IMG/VR virus record: IMGVR_UViG_3300041407_000052
Coordinates: 28,348-92,347 of that record
Strand: one strand, 5' to 3'
DNA: 64,000 bases
Source: a virus
Lineage: Duplodnaviria > Heunggongvirae > Uroviricota > Caudoviricetes
Of this stretch, positions 43,715-54,127 are shown in pieces. The position numbers and the translations under genes are program-made. A model generated the notes under the pieces. That model was not told the DNA's origin and ran no database searches. It saw only the letters and a program-made list of their open reading frames with translations. Numbering within the stretch: the first letter of the stretch is position 1; each line of letters opens with the position of its first letter.

Positions 43715-46545
43715 TATTTCCATCTCCCTACAGCTAAATAATCCATTGATATAATCATTGCCCCTCTTGAGATTTGTGTAAACACATATCCGCTTGGCCA
43801 TTGAGTTGTGGAATTCAAGAGTGTGGAGCCCGGCATAAACCAACCTTCACCTGTCTCCAGTGCACCTTGTATGCTAATAACAGGTGCTGCAATAAATGTA
43901 GCGGGAAAGTTTTTTGCCCCTTCACCAACCCCACCAAAAAACAAAGCCCCTGATGCAGTACTCATCGTGCGAATAACTGCGTATTTGTACCTACAAATCA
44001 GTGTACCATCCTCGAATTTGGTAAACGTACCATTAGCACTTGACCCTGCCTCTACAATAGGTACACCATTAACCTTAGGCATACTCGGTACGGTCAATAC
44101 ACCGTCATATGAGTATGACATTGTTGGTCCGGTGGCAGAGTTATCAGCGTTTACTGAACGCCAATTAAACCCACCAGCACCACCACCTCGGTTTACAATA
44201 AAGTGACCTTCACCTTGGGTGGTAGTGTTCCACCCCATATAAAGACCTTGTGTACTGTAGAGTGCCGCTGGTTGGTTAACGCCAACTTCAGAAAACAAGG
44301 CGCGACCGTCTGTCCTACCTGTACCTCCTAGAGTCTGTGCCACTGTACGCAGCGGTTGCCCGCTCGCTCTGTTGTACGCGTAACAAACCCAGTTCGAACC
44401 ACCCAAACACATCACTTCAGCAACGTCGTTGGTTGCCGTGACGATGCTCGCTCCACCCGGTAGAATCAGTGATGTTGCGTTGTGAGTCAGAGTCAGAGCA
44501 GCAGCGAACTTTAACAACCTACGCACACCCGCCGTACCAGAACCCAGTGAAGTGATAGTGGTGGTACCGGTCACGCTAATTGTGTTCGACGTGGCTGCTG
44601 TCAGGTTCAGTGATGCAGCGGAAGCCATTGTTTGAGTTGTCGCTTCGTCAATGGACGCCCGTGCATCAATTTTACCCAGAGCAACTACGGTACCTGTTAC
44701 GTTGATGTCGCTGGCTACCGCGACACTTCCTTTAAAGGAAGCCAATGTACCATTTAAAGTTAACCAAGCACCTGTTGGTGACGCCGCGTCATTGACGACA
44801 AAGTTTGTTCCATCGCCTGTACCGAAGTACATTTGACCGCCTGTGGTTTGTGCGCCATAGAAGCTATTAAGCGCAGACCCTGTGCGGTTAATGTTCATAC
44901 CTACCGAACTTGAGCCGGTTTTGACAAAGGCACTTGTTACCGTAGCACTAAGCCCCGAAATCGCACCAACAGCACTGAAGTCACCGTTCTGTCGGAAGCG
45001 AGCAGCCAACACAGGGCGGTTAGCGCCATTTGGTGTGGTCCACACCTGCCATTCACCACCCGAAGCGGTCGGTGTTGTGTTCTCTTCGGTGTAGGCGTCC
45101 ATACGTGCAATAGGTTGGTAGTTAGTACCATCACTGGCAAGCCCCATAAGGGTTACGCAAGAGCGACCAGACAGAACAGCACCGTGGGCACCTTGAACCC
45201 CGTAACTACGGGCACCTATGAACTGAGGGCCGAGGTTAGCCGTGCTGAATGAAAATCCCTGCGAAACAAAGGCATTGGAAGGGTTACCGGACAATGCACC
45301 GCTGTTATAGGCACCCAACCCTGTGGTGTAACCAGATGTCAGAATTGGAAGAGGTTCAGTCGTGTTTGGACCGCTGAGTGCGCCAGTGAACCGTGGATTG
45401 GCAGCGTTCATCTTATTCTGTTGCAGAATTGAAACAGAGGCTTGTCGTTTGGTAACAGCAGGGCTACCGAAGTAAATAGTCCCATCAACAGGCATTGCTG
45501 ATTCGTTCCAGACACCAACAGTTACACGGTATGTGTTAGGGCCAGTGGTCAGAGTCCCTTGTAGTGTCTGCAATCCACCTACTACGTTGTCATAGGCAAG
45601 TAGTCGTGTATTAGCAATGAACGTTCCGGCAATGTCGAATTCAACAAGTACCACTCTTGCTGTTGCACTGCCTGTCGTTAAGTTACCAGTACATGCCATC
45701 TCAATTGAGACGTCTATAGACTGGTTTGGTACTACAGGAATGTAGCTGTAGTTGTTTACAAGAGGAAGCGCAACAGCACCCAGCGTGTTGGATGTCTTCT
45801 TCAGGTTTCTACCGACACGCATAGACGAGAAACCGGCTGGTACTCCTGAAGCGTTCCGATCCACATACGTCGTTGATTGCCCAGCGTTATCGATGGTGAT
45901 CAACGTACCTGTAGCCAAGAACTGGGGGTTGGCAATCCAATTGTCAGGCATCTTGTCCAAACCTGAACTAGCTGCTGCTGCTGCGTTGGAGGCACTGGTA
46001 GCAGCGTTAATTTCTGAGACTCCAGCTGCGACCTTGCTAACGTTTGCAGCAGTCGCACTAGAAGAAGCAGCAGTCGCACTACCTGCTGCTGCTGTAGCGC
46101 TTTCAGCAGCAGCAACCTTTGAAGCTAACGCAGCAGCAGCGTTTGTCCCTGAGTTGGTTTCTGAAGTCTTAGCGTTGGTTTCACTTGTCTTAGCAGCGTT
46201 CTGTGAAGCAAGAGCAGCTGCTGCACTAGCGTCTGCTGCTGCAACGTCGTCACTAATGTCATTAATACTATCTGTGATAGCACGAAGGCGATCTGCTGAT
46301 TCTTTGTTGTAACCTTGAAGTGGAGCAATCATGTAGTTAGTTGATCCACTTACAGTCACACCCTGATATGCTGGATAAATACCAATAGTTGTTTCACTTG
46401 CAATATTGGTAACTTCGTACCACTCACCATCTGGACCACGAAAGCCGTCACCAACACGAGCGTTAGTTGCGAACTTTGTACCAGTGGCTGTTACTGCTGT
46501 TGCACCGTTCGTAACACTAACAGTGCCGGTTTTATACCAAGCCAT
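43714..46545 (-). CDS. side tail fiber protein (943 aa) with Ala/Ser/Thr-rich repetitive stalk
   Basis: N-terminal fiber-like domain; repeats AAAALASQNAAKTSETNAKTSETN; followed by Tfa-like gene. Confidence 0.7.
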   Translation of the reverse strand: MAWYKTGTVSVTNGATAVTATGTKFATNARVGDGFRGPDGEWYEVTNIASETTIGIYPAYQGVTVSGSTNYMIAPLQGYNKESADRLRAITDSINDISDDVAAADASAAAALASQNAAKTSETNAKTSETNSGTNAAAALASKVAAAESATAAAGSATAASSSATAANVSKVAAGVSEINAATSASNAAAAASSGLDKMPDNWIANPQFLATGTLITIDNAGQSTTYVDRNASGVPAGFSSMRVGRNLKKTSNTLGAVALPLVNNYSYIPVVPNQSIDVSIEMACTGNLTTGSATARVVLVEFDIAGTFIANTRLLAYDNVVGGLQTLQGTLTTGPNTYRVTVGVWNESAMPVDGTIYFGSPAVTKRQASVSILQQNKMNAANPRFTGALSGPNTTEPLPILTSGYTTGLGAYNSGALSGNPSNAFVSQGFSFSTANLGPQFIGARSYGVQGAHGAVLSGRSCVTLMGLASDGTNYQPIARMDAYTEENTTPTASGGEWQVWTTPNGANRPVLAARFRQNGDFSAVGAISGLSATVTSAFVKTGSSSVGMNINRTGSALNSFYGAQTTGGQMYFGTGDGTNFVVNDAASPTGAWLTLNGTLASFKGSVAVASDINVTGTVVALGKIDARASIDEATTQTMASAASLNLTAATSNTISVTGTTTITSLGSGTAGVRRLLKFAAALTLTHNATSLILPGGASIVTATNDVAEVMCLGGSNWVCYAYNRASGQPLRTVAQTLGGTGRTDGRALFSEVGVNQPAALYSTQGLYMGWNTTTQGEGHFIVNRGGGAGGFNWRSVNADNSATGPTMSYSYDGVLTVPSMPKVNGVPIVEAGSSANGTFTKFEDGTLICRYKYAVIRTMSTASGALFFGGVGEGAKNFPATFIAAPVISIQGALETGEGWFMPGSTLLNSTTQWPSGYVFTQISRGAMIISMDYLAVGRWK

Positions 46546-46574
46546 TTGTTATTACTCCTAATTTTGATTCATTG

Positions 46575-47267
46575 TTAGAATCCAGTTACGTCAACGAACA
46601 TAACAAGTCCCGTGCCACTTGTGGTGTTAGTACCAACTCCACCAGACCCACCATTATCATAAGTCCATTCATCTAACTTTATCTGTATGTTATTACCAGA
46701 ACAAAGCATCTGGAGATTGTCTCCACCATACTCAAATACTGAACCACTACCTGTATCAAACGAACCTTCCCAATCGTATCTGTAGTTCTGAACAGGAATG
46801 GCAGCAGGAACTCTACTACCACCAGCGAATGTAGTGTAAGGGTTGTTGACCACCGATTGTACAGCTGTTGCAAAACCCAAGATCTTCATGTACTTACATC
46901 TTGAGTCAAAGGTCCATTCACCAGTAGTTTGATTCTTAACTCGCAAACCAATAGGTCCTGTTCGGGCAGAGTTGATTGGATCATCAAATACGTAAACCTC
47001 GATGGTGATAGGGGCGTAAGATGACATCGTTACAGCTTTAACATCTTCCGATGTCTGAGTGTACCAAACAACACCTGTGAAGTTACTTAGTGATCTGTAG
47101 GCCAGAACACCGCCTCTTGAACAACCAATGTTGAATACAAGTCTGTATTCTCCTCTTGGGTTCGCAGAACCTTGTGTAAGTGTTACCTTCTGTCTTAGTC
47201 CAAGGTTCTTATAATTGTCGTCAACAACTAATACATTGTTGTTCCTTATCTTTAAACCGTGTGCCAT
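46575..47267 (-). CDS. tail-associated hypothetical protein (230 aa)
   Basis: ORF track; located between J and fiber. Confidence 0.45.
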   Translation of the reverse strand: MAHGLKIRNNNVLVVDDNYKNLGLRQKVTLTQGSANPRGEYRLVFNIGCSRGGVLAYRSLSNFTGVVWYTQTSEDVKAVTMSSYAPITIEVYVFDDPINSARTGPIGLRVKNQTTGEWTFDSRCKYMKILGFATAVQSVVNNPYTTFAGGSRVPAAIPVQNYRYDWEGSFDTGSGSVFEYGGDNLQMLCSGNNIQIKLDEWTYDNGGSGGVGTNTTSGTGLVMFVDVTGF

Positions 47268-47270
47268 TAG

Positions 47271-47555
47271 TTAATATTCTCCATAAGCAATCCAAAAATC
47301 AACTGAGTTAGGGTTAGGATATTCGGCACCCAATTGTGACCAATATATAGTCCTCCCACTAATGTTAACAGGAGGAATTCTTGTTCCAAGACCATCAGAT
47401 GTCAGGTAAAAGAATGGGATATTCTCACCGGGTACGTTGAAGCTACCCGGTGCAGAAGTAATCCTTACATTACCAATTAACCGGGTTAAGCGGTCGGTAA
47501 TTTCTACCGTGACCGCACCAGTCGAACCATCTCTTATTCTAAGTCCAACTGTCAT
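47271..47555 (-). CDS. hypothetical tail-associated protein (94 aa)
   Basis: ORF track; ATGA-coupled to J. Confidence 0.4.
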   Translation of the reverse strand: MTVGLRIRDGSTGAVTVEITDRLTRLIGNVRITSAPGSFNVPGENIPFFYLTSDGLGTRIPPVNISGRTIYWSQLGAEYPNPNSVDFWIAYGEY

Positions 47556-50500
47556 GACAACAAACCCAATTCAACTACAGTAACGCCTGTGTTTGTATCA
47601 GTTAAGTAAAACCCTGTGTTTGTCAGTCGAAGTCGATAACCTGTACCGTTGCCATTAAGTTCCATATAACCATCCTTCCGAATGTACCAGCCTGTAACTC
47701 CTGATACAAAGTTATTTGACTGAATTACATCACCAATCATTGCGTTAGTAATCCAAGCTGTACCGATGAGTGCTTGACTGATAAACACCTGACCACCTTG
47801 GACAACAAATGGAGCAGCTGTAGTTCCGTTAAGCCCACTAACTACAGCAAATCGGTCAGCACGTACAAGGAACTGACTCTGAAGACCAGCCGGACCGTTC
47901 TCAATACCTAACCCGATACCAGCTGCTACGTATTGACCATTGGACTGAGCTTCCATCTTGAGTGTCCAAGCAGTGTTAACTTTACCATCTGTTGTGGCTT
48001 GTGCTGTGGACACTTGTTGGATAGCAGCAGTGTTAGTACCAGCTGTTGCCTGTACAGTGTCAATACGAGTACCTAATGCACCATCAGCGTTAACACGAGC
48101 AGTTTGCTCAGATTGAATAGCTGCGTTCAACGTTGAAGTGTTGGTGGTTAAGTTTGCGGTAACAGTGTCAATACGAGTACCTAATGCACCATCAGCGTTA
48201 ACACGAGCAGTTTGCTCAGATGTAATGGCAGCATTTCGGTTACTTGTTTCTGTCACAATGCTGGCCGAAACAGTGTCAACACGAGTACCAAGTGCAGTGT
48301 CGGCATCAACTCTTGCTGTTTGCTCGGATGTAATCGCAGCGTTAAGCGTAGCGTTACCTGTTGTAACTGTTGCAGTAAGAGAATCGATCCTAACACTCAA
48401 TGCACTATCAGCCGTTGCTGTTGTTTCTTCAAGTGTGCTTATCTGAGCAGTGTTATCATCAACCTCAGACTTGATCACAATCAACTGACTAGCGAAGGCT
48501 TCATCAGCTGTAGCTCTAACCGTGCGTTCTTCATTGATTTGTGCTCGACTGTTATATCCAGCAATTGCATCATCCTGATCACCCACACCGTCGTCGTCCC
48601 TGTATGTAGCTTGCAGAGATTCGATTTGACTAACGGTAGACGTCAACTTACCATCAATAACTTCGATGTTAATGGTGTTAATTGCAACCTGTGAGGCTGT
48701 TGCATTTGCTTCTTCAAGGATAGTACCAACGTTTTTCCAGTAATCCACGTTAGGTGGTGGAGTATCGAGTGGTACATCTGATTGCGCTTGATACAACTTG
48801 TTGCCCATACGGACAATATCACCTAATATATAAGTCTTATCAGGATCATATACAAGTGCGTCAGTGATATTCTGGATTTGATCTTCTAGATCAGAGACAG
48901 CATTTTCTAACCGTTCGTTTACACTACCCGGTCCATTACCATCGATCAATTCTATACGATCATACAGCTCTTTGTCAAGAGCACTACCAGCAATTAACCC
49001 AGCGAAGTAGTCATTGTATTGACCATTGTCGTTAATCAAACTCTGACCTTCAACACCAATCATGTTTTGAGCTGGGAACCATGGACCAACGTTACCTGTA
49101 CGGTCATGTAAACGACACCAGAACCAAAACCGTTTACCAGCACTAAGACCATGCATTTCATGAGAGCTAGTTGGATAAGAAAAGTCACCAAGCTTAATCG
49201 CATTCGAGAACGAAGTGTCCTCACTGTACATGAACTCAGTGCGAAGTGTATCTTCAGCGCCCGGTGGGAAATACCAGTCAAGACGAATACCAAAGAACAT
49301 ACCAGTTGCATTAATTGCAGTGACTGCTGGTGGACTACCTGCTTTACCTTCAAGCTGAGTGACACTACTGGATGCCCAAATGGATTTGATACCAAAGGCA
49401 TTCACTGCACGTACACGGACAACATACTGACCAGCATATATACCTTTCACACTTACTTGTGGGGCACCTGTTACACCAAGGTTTACCCAATCACCATTGC
49501 CAACTTTCCACTGCACTTCGTAACCAACAGCGTTTAGTGTCTGATCCCATGATGCATTCATTGTTGTGACTGCCATGGTCTGTTCAACATACGTGCTGGC
49601 AGTTACAATAATGTTTGTTGGTGCTTGTTGGATGTTTGGTGGAACTACACTGATTGGGCGTGGCTCAAGTCGTGCACCGTTATCAATTGCAGCATATTTA
49701 CTGTCGTTGTATTCTACAGCCTCAATATCAAAAACGTTCACATCGGGAGAAGTGATCTTGGTAACTCGGAACAATTGCGACTTCAAGTCGGCAGCTTCCA
49801 GATACCATACAGCATTAGGAAGTGGTTGTTCTGTGTAGGCAACTTGCAGAGTTACAATGTTACCCGAAACAGATGCGATTGTCCGACCTTCTGTGATACC
49901 GTTAGATCGAGTGACATACATGATGTCACCCATGGACGCATCCACTGGACGATCAAGCGTCAGTACTTTACCAACAGCAACCTTAATACGACCAGTAAAT
50001 GGACGACCACCAATCAATGGGTCAACAACATGAATAAGTTTACCCGGCATGACTTCTTCGTTTAAAGCCTGAAGACCTGTTCGGAAAGATACAGTACGGT
50101 TGTACATGTTAGTGATAAGCGTATACTTACCACGACGTTGTGCTTCACCACGAGATGTACAACCAATTGCACTGATTTCTGTCTGTCTGTCGCCTCCCCA
50201 GCGCAGGATCTGGCTTGTTTCAAACGTAGCCTCAACCTCTGTACCATAATGGTTGTCAGGGTCGTCATAGCTCACCAGAGCGCTTGTGTAGATACTCTTA
50301 TCATCTGCTGCTGCATAATCAAAACGACCATTGACCACATTAGAGCGAGAGAACACAGGTGCGTTGTTGAATGGTTCTTGTTTGTCTGCAATGGCTGTGA
50401 ACTGGTTACCGTTCCAGTAAGTCATACCATTAAATATAGAAGCAATGTCACGCAATACTTGCCATGCGTCCATCTTCTCTTGGACGTAAATGTTACATGT

Positions 50501-51505
50501 GTGACGTGGTTCCATGATACCTGCACCATGACCATTATCAACCATGACGTCGCAATATTGAGCAATCTCATAGAGTGCCCATTTATCGACCATGTTCAGG
50601 TCAACCTTGTTACCAAGACCAAAACGATCTTGTGTCATGATATCATGGAACACCCATGCTGGGTTATCAGACCAAGCCCATTTGAATGCACCACTCCAAA
50701 CGCCTGTATAAATACGTGATTCAGGATCGTAGTTGTTTGGTACTCGAATGATTCTACCTTTTGTTCTTACAGATATACGTGGGATAGCACCACCACCAAA
50801 CATGCGACTATCGAACTCAACATATAACAAAGCTGTGTTTGGGTAACGCTGTTTGGCGTCAACAACTTCAGCAATACTCTTTATGTTGATTGTGTCTTGG
50901 ATAGATCCAGTCTCAGTATCTGGGTTTAACTTACTTGCCCGGATAAACCAACCACTGGTCGCTGGTGGTAAGTCCACACGGTGAGTGCGCTCGTAAGCAG
51001 TGTTAGTTTTACCTGTGATGTTATACTGTTGATAGGTGTTAAAGGGTCCACCATCTGTAGATATTTCGATTTTGTAATCCATCGAAGCACCTACCGTATC
51101 ACCATTCGCTTTCTGTTCAAGAAGAGCAGGCCATTGAAATGTCACACGAACTGCATCGAGTTGTGTTTTAGTTACGTTACGAACCCAAGGGTATCCAAAC
51201 TTGAGTTCTACACCAACATTGTACTCAGTACTAACTTCAGGCAGACCTTGGATGTATGTCTGGTCTGTTGTACCTGAACGCCATTCCCATTTAACACCAC
51301 CGAAGTTTAGTGTACCATCTGGGTTAGCAAGTGGTGTACCGTCGAGGAAGATGTCTTGATTAGTTGGTTGCCCAGCAAGCTCACCTTCGGCTACAGCGAT
51401 TAACACCTTGGCGTATGCAACCGAAAGGAGGTTGTTAGGTGTTTCAACAGGGGTATGTGGTTTTTCACCACCACCTTTACCACCGTGAATTTGATAATCA
51501 AGCAT
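47552..51505 (-). CDS. host specificity / central tail fiber protein (lambda gpJ-like)
   Basis: 1317 aa; fibronectin-III-like segment (VGNGDWVNLGVTGAP...VRVRAVNAFGIKS) typical of gpJ; position after I. Confidence 0.85.
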   Translation of the reverse strand: MLDYQIHGGKGGGEKPHTPVETPNNLLSVAYAKVLIAVAEGELAGQPTNQDIFLDGTPLANPDGTLNFGGVKWEWRSGTTDQTYIQGLPEVSTEYNVGVELKFGYPWVRNVTKTQLDAVRVTFQWPALLEQKANGDTVGASMDYKIEISTDGGPFNTYQQYNITGKTNTAYERTHRVDLPPATSGWFIRASKLNPDTETGSIQDTINIKSIAEVVDAKQRYPNTALLYVEFDSRMFGGGAIPRISVRTKGRIIRVPNNYDPESRIYTGVWSGAFKWAWSDNPAWVFHDIMTQDRFGLGNKVDLNMVDKWALYEIAQYCDVMVDNGHGAGIMEPRHTCNIYVQEKMDAWQVLRDIASIFNGMTYWNGNQFTAIADKQEPFNNAPVFSRSNVVNGRFDYAAADDKSIYTSALVSYDDPDNHYGTEVEATFETSQILRWGGDRQTEISAIGCTSRGEAQRRGKYTLITNMYNRTVSFRTGLQALNEEVMPGKLIHVVDPLIGGRPFTGRIKVAVGKVLTLDRPVDASMGDIMYVTRSNGITEGRTIASVSGNIVTLQVAYTEQPLPNAVWYLEAADLKSQLFRVTKITSPDVNVFDIEAVEYNDSKYAAIDNGARLEPRPISVVPPNIQQAPTNIIVTASTYVEQTMAVTTMNASWDQTLNAVGYEVQWKVGNGDWVNLGVTGAPQVSVKGIYAGQYVVRVRAVNAFGIKSIWASSSVTQLEGKAGSPPAVTAINATGMFFGIRLDWYFPPGAEDTLRTEFMYSEDTSFSNAIKLGDFSYPTSSHEMHGLSAGKRFWFWCRLHDRTGNVGPWFPAQNMIGVEGQSLINDNGQYNDYFAGLIAGSALDKELYDRIELIDGNGPGSVNERLENAVSDLEDQIQNITDALVYDPDKTYILGDIVRMGNKLYQAQSDVPLDTPPPNVDYWKNVGTILEEANATASQVAINTINIEVIDGKLTSTVSQIESLQATYRDDDGVGDQDDAIAGYNSRAQINEERTVRATADEAFASQLIVIKSEVDDNTAQISTLEETTATADSALSVRIDSLTATVTTGNATLNAAITSEQTARVDADTALGTRVDTVSASIVTETSNRNAAITSEQTARVNADGALGTRIDTVTANLTTNTSTLNAAIQSEQTARVNADGALGTRIDTVQATAGTNTAAIQQVSTAQATTDGKVNTAWTLKMEAQSNGQYVAAGIGLGIENGPAGLQSQFLVRADRFAVVSGLNGTTAAPFVVQGGQVFISQALIGTAWITNAMIGDVIQSNNFVSGVTGWYIRKDGYMELNGNGTGYRLRLTNTGFYLTDTNTGVTVVELGLLS
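48056..48335 (-). repeat. three tandem ~110-nt repeats inside J gene (coding repeats NAAITSEQTARVNADGALGTRIDTV)
   Basis: near-identical 57-nt cores at 48056 and 48165, degenerate third copy ~48275. Confidence 0.6.
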
Positions 51506-51519
51506 TCTATTCTCCTACA

Positions 51520-52131
51520 TTATTGTTGATCTTCAGCTCTGATACTTGCTGAAATAACCGCACCACCTACTTCACGGTAACCGTAAAACAATGGAACAGG
51601 ATTACCTTGTGCTGTTGTGTTAACTGGTCCACCAAAAGCATAACTTGCTTTGTTCTCAGCATCAGCCACAGTCGATAAACCATCAGGTTGTGGACTAAGC
51701 ATTTGTGTAATACCACCGATGGCTAACGAAATAGCAACCGATGTTGCTATACTTGCAGAAGCACTACCAGCAGCAAACCACCCACCAGCACCAAATCCTG
51801 CTGCACCACCAGTAAATACCACAGCAGCAATGATTACAGCAGCAGCAAGAAACGCCATACCGCTATTCTTACCACCTGAATATTTAGGGATCAATTTAAC
51901 AACTTTGGGTTGACCCATTCGTAACTGTTCTACGTCAGTGATATTTCGTTTATCCGTTCTGATTGCGAACTGCACACCTCTTTTACCGGCTGCACGAAAC
52001 GCCTTATCAAACTCAGGCATTTGCATAAGCATTGCCTTAATTGCTTCCGCTGGTGAATTCACGAAGAACTTGTGGTTACCAAACTTCTTCATATATCCAC
52101 CGGGTTGAACTTCAATCCAAGTCTCAGACAT
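51520..52131 (-). CDS. tail assembly protein (lambda gpI-like)
   Basis: Gly/Ala-rich TM segment; gene order K-I-J; overlaps K by 8 nt. Confidence 0.65.
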   Translation of the reverse strand: MSETWIEVQPGGYMKKFGNHKFFVNSPAEAIKAMLMQMPEFDKAFRAAGKRGVQFAIRTDKRNITDVEQLRMGQPKVVKLIPKYSGGKNSGMAFLAAAVIIAAVVFTGGAAGFGAGGWFAAGSASASIATSVAISLAIGGITQMLSPQPDGLSTVADAENKASYAFGGPVNTTAQGNPVPLFYGYREVGGAVISASIRAEDQQ

Positions 52132-52927
52132 GTTTCACCTCTTTGTGTCTAAGGATAAGACTTGTACGTTGATGCCATTGACCGCCGTACACAATCACAT
52201 CGCTAAGTTTCCCATACATGTGGTGCAGCATCAGAGTATTACCAACCAATTGTCGTCCTTCAAACTCAGACACTTCACCAAGGTAAACACCTGCATGGTT
52301 TGGGTGGTATGTTCTTCCGATCTGCATAATAATCAAGTCAGCTGGTTGTGGTGTGTCCACTTGGTAGAACCCAGCTGCTTCATAGAACTCTTCATAGAAC
52401 GATGTGGTTTCTTTCTCCTCCCACCACCGATCTTTACGTACATATGTCGGGAACTCAAGCCCGTGATATTTCTTATAATAGGCTTCACAGGTTGACCAAC
52501 AATCCCAAACACCATGTACAAATGGACGGTTGAGAAGACTTTCGGTAACAGTTGGTATAATCTGTCTGTAATCACCTTCAGGCCAACTAACGATGTGCCA
52601 TGGAATTGCATTAGACTCAGGATCAACGATCAACTGAACTTCGCGGTTACGACTCATAACTGCAATATCATATGCACTGGGTACAGTTGTTCCATCTGGA
52701 TGACTATGAACAATACCAACAACCTCACCCAGTTCCTCAGCTTCAGCATATGAGTCAGGACACATGTGGAATTCTTCAGTTGGGTCTTTCGACAGGTTTA
52801 CACATTGTACATAATGCTCAGTCTTACCATTAACTACAACAACACCACAAATCTCGTTTGGATAACCTTCTTCGGCATGTTTCATAATGGTTTTAATTGT
52901 TTTGTCTTTCAGCTTCTTACGAATCAT
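52124..52927 (-). CDS. tail tip assembly protein (lambda gpK-like: JAMM/MPN + NlpC/P60)
   Basis: JAMM motif GIVHSHPDGTTVPSAYD; NlpC/P60 Cys in VWDCWSTCEAYY. Confidence 0.8.
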   Translation of the reverse strand: MIRKKLKDKTIKTIMKHAEEGYPNEICGVVVVNGKTEHYVQCVNLSKDPTEEFHMCPDSYAEAEELGEVVGIVHSHPDGTTVPSAYDIAVMSRNREVQLIVDPESNAIPWHIVSWPEGDYRQIIPTVTESLLNRPFVHGVWDCWSTCEAYYKKYHGLEFPTYVRKDRWWEEKETTSFYEEFYEAAGFYQVDTPQPADLIIMQIGRTYHPNHAGVYLGEVSEFEGRQLVGNTLMLHHMYGKLSDVIVYGGQWHQRTSLILRHKEVKHV

Positions 52928-52930
52928 ATA

Positions 52931-53674
52931 TTAACCTCGGGCAATCAAACTACTTGCAATAAATCCACCAAATGGAAGAGGTTCTTCCTCACCAAACCTA
53001 AGTTTGCAGTCTATACAAAGACCACCACACTTATCAAAAACAGGGTTATCGGTAGGAACACCTTTCTCAGTGAAGTATTTAACACCTGTGTATCCACAAT
53101 CAGGACCACGGTAATTACCATTCATTGCCCAATGACACATTGAATAGATTTGACGACGTGGAAGCATCTGACCTGTGAAATCAGCAGGAGATGATAGTTC
53201 AAATGTAATAGATGATTGATTTTCTCCACTCTTACGTGTGATATACCAATTCTGTGTGAACTCCATTGTCTCATCTGGGTCATCACCATCAGACAAATAC
53301 TGTCGGAATGTTGTATGTTCTGTAACCTTTGCACCGAACAAGTTTTGAAGTACTAGACATATTGAACTGATAGAACCATCAATGTTTGCAACTTCTAATG
53401 TTGGTTGCGGACTCTTACCTGTGCCATCCCATTCAATACCAGATAGGTCATAAGGCCAAGCAGAATACTCTTCTCCTTGCCATACAATTTTCTTTGGTGG
53501 AATATCTGCACCGCTTAGCTGTAGTGCATTTAGTTCTGACTCTGTATAGTCAACATTGTAATTATGAAACCGGAGGACATCACCACCAAAACTGGTGCAG
53601 TCAACTTCGATCAGTTTAACCTTGGCACCCGGTTCAAGTTTCTGAATCGTTTGCAGAATATTGGTGGTTGCCAT
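52931..53674 (-). CDS. minor tail protein (lambda gpL-like)
   Basis: 247 aa, Cys cluster (DCKLRFGE...), position M-L-K. Confidence 0.65.
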   Translation of the reverse strand: MATTNILQTIQKLEPGAKVKLIEVDCTSFGGDVLRFHNYNVDYTESELNALQLSGADIPPKKIVWQGEEYSAWPYDLSGIEWDGTGKSPQPTLEVANIDGSISSICLVLQNLFGAKVTEHTTFRQYLSDGDDPDETMEFTQNWYITRKSGENQSSITFELSSPADFTGQMLPRRQIYSMCHWAMNGNYRGPDCGYTGVKYFTEKGVPTDNPVFDKCGGLCIDCKLRFGEEEPLPFGGFIASSLIARG

Positions 53675-53686
53675 ATTTTCTCCCTA

Positions 53687-54028
53687 TCAACTTATTGATG
53701 AATAACTTTTTACGAATGTTCCTGTAATTGTATACAGACCACCACCTTGATCAACTGGTTTAGGGTCTACACAAGTGAAGAGACTGAGATTACCCAGTGG
53801 TGGAGTCCAAAAGAAACTCTTCCAACCTTGGTGTGTGTCAAAGAAATCCATAATCTCTTTTGCTTCGTCTTTATATGCATGAACTTTAAATGCATATGAT
53901 TCATCTTTGATGTTAATACCGTCAGAGGATGTCTGTTTGTATCCATCACCAAACTGTGTTTCGACAACACGATATTTGATTGTAGGATCTAGATCACGCT
54001 CGACTTTCCATTTGAATGTCAGTGCCAT
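53687..54028 (-). CDS. minor tail protein (lambda gpM-like)
   Basis: 113 aa immediately downstream of tape measure. Confidence 0.55.
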   Translation of the reverse strand: MALTFKWKVERDLDPTIKYRVVETQFGDGYKQTSSDGINIKDESYAFKVHAYKDEAKEIMDFFDTHQGWKSFFWTPPLGNLSLFTCVDPKPVDQGGGLYTITGTFVKSYSSIS

Positions 54029-54127
54029 TTTACTTCTCCAGAAATAGAAACAGGGAAGCTTTCGCCTCCCTGTAATGTGATAACATTTTACTATGTTTTT
54101 TGAACTTTTGTCAATAGCGACAATATA

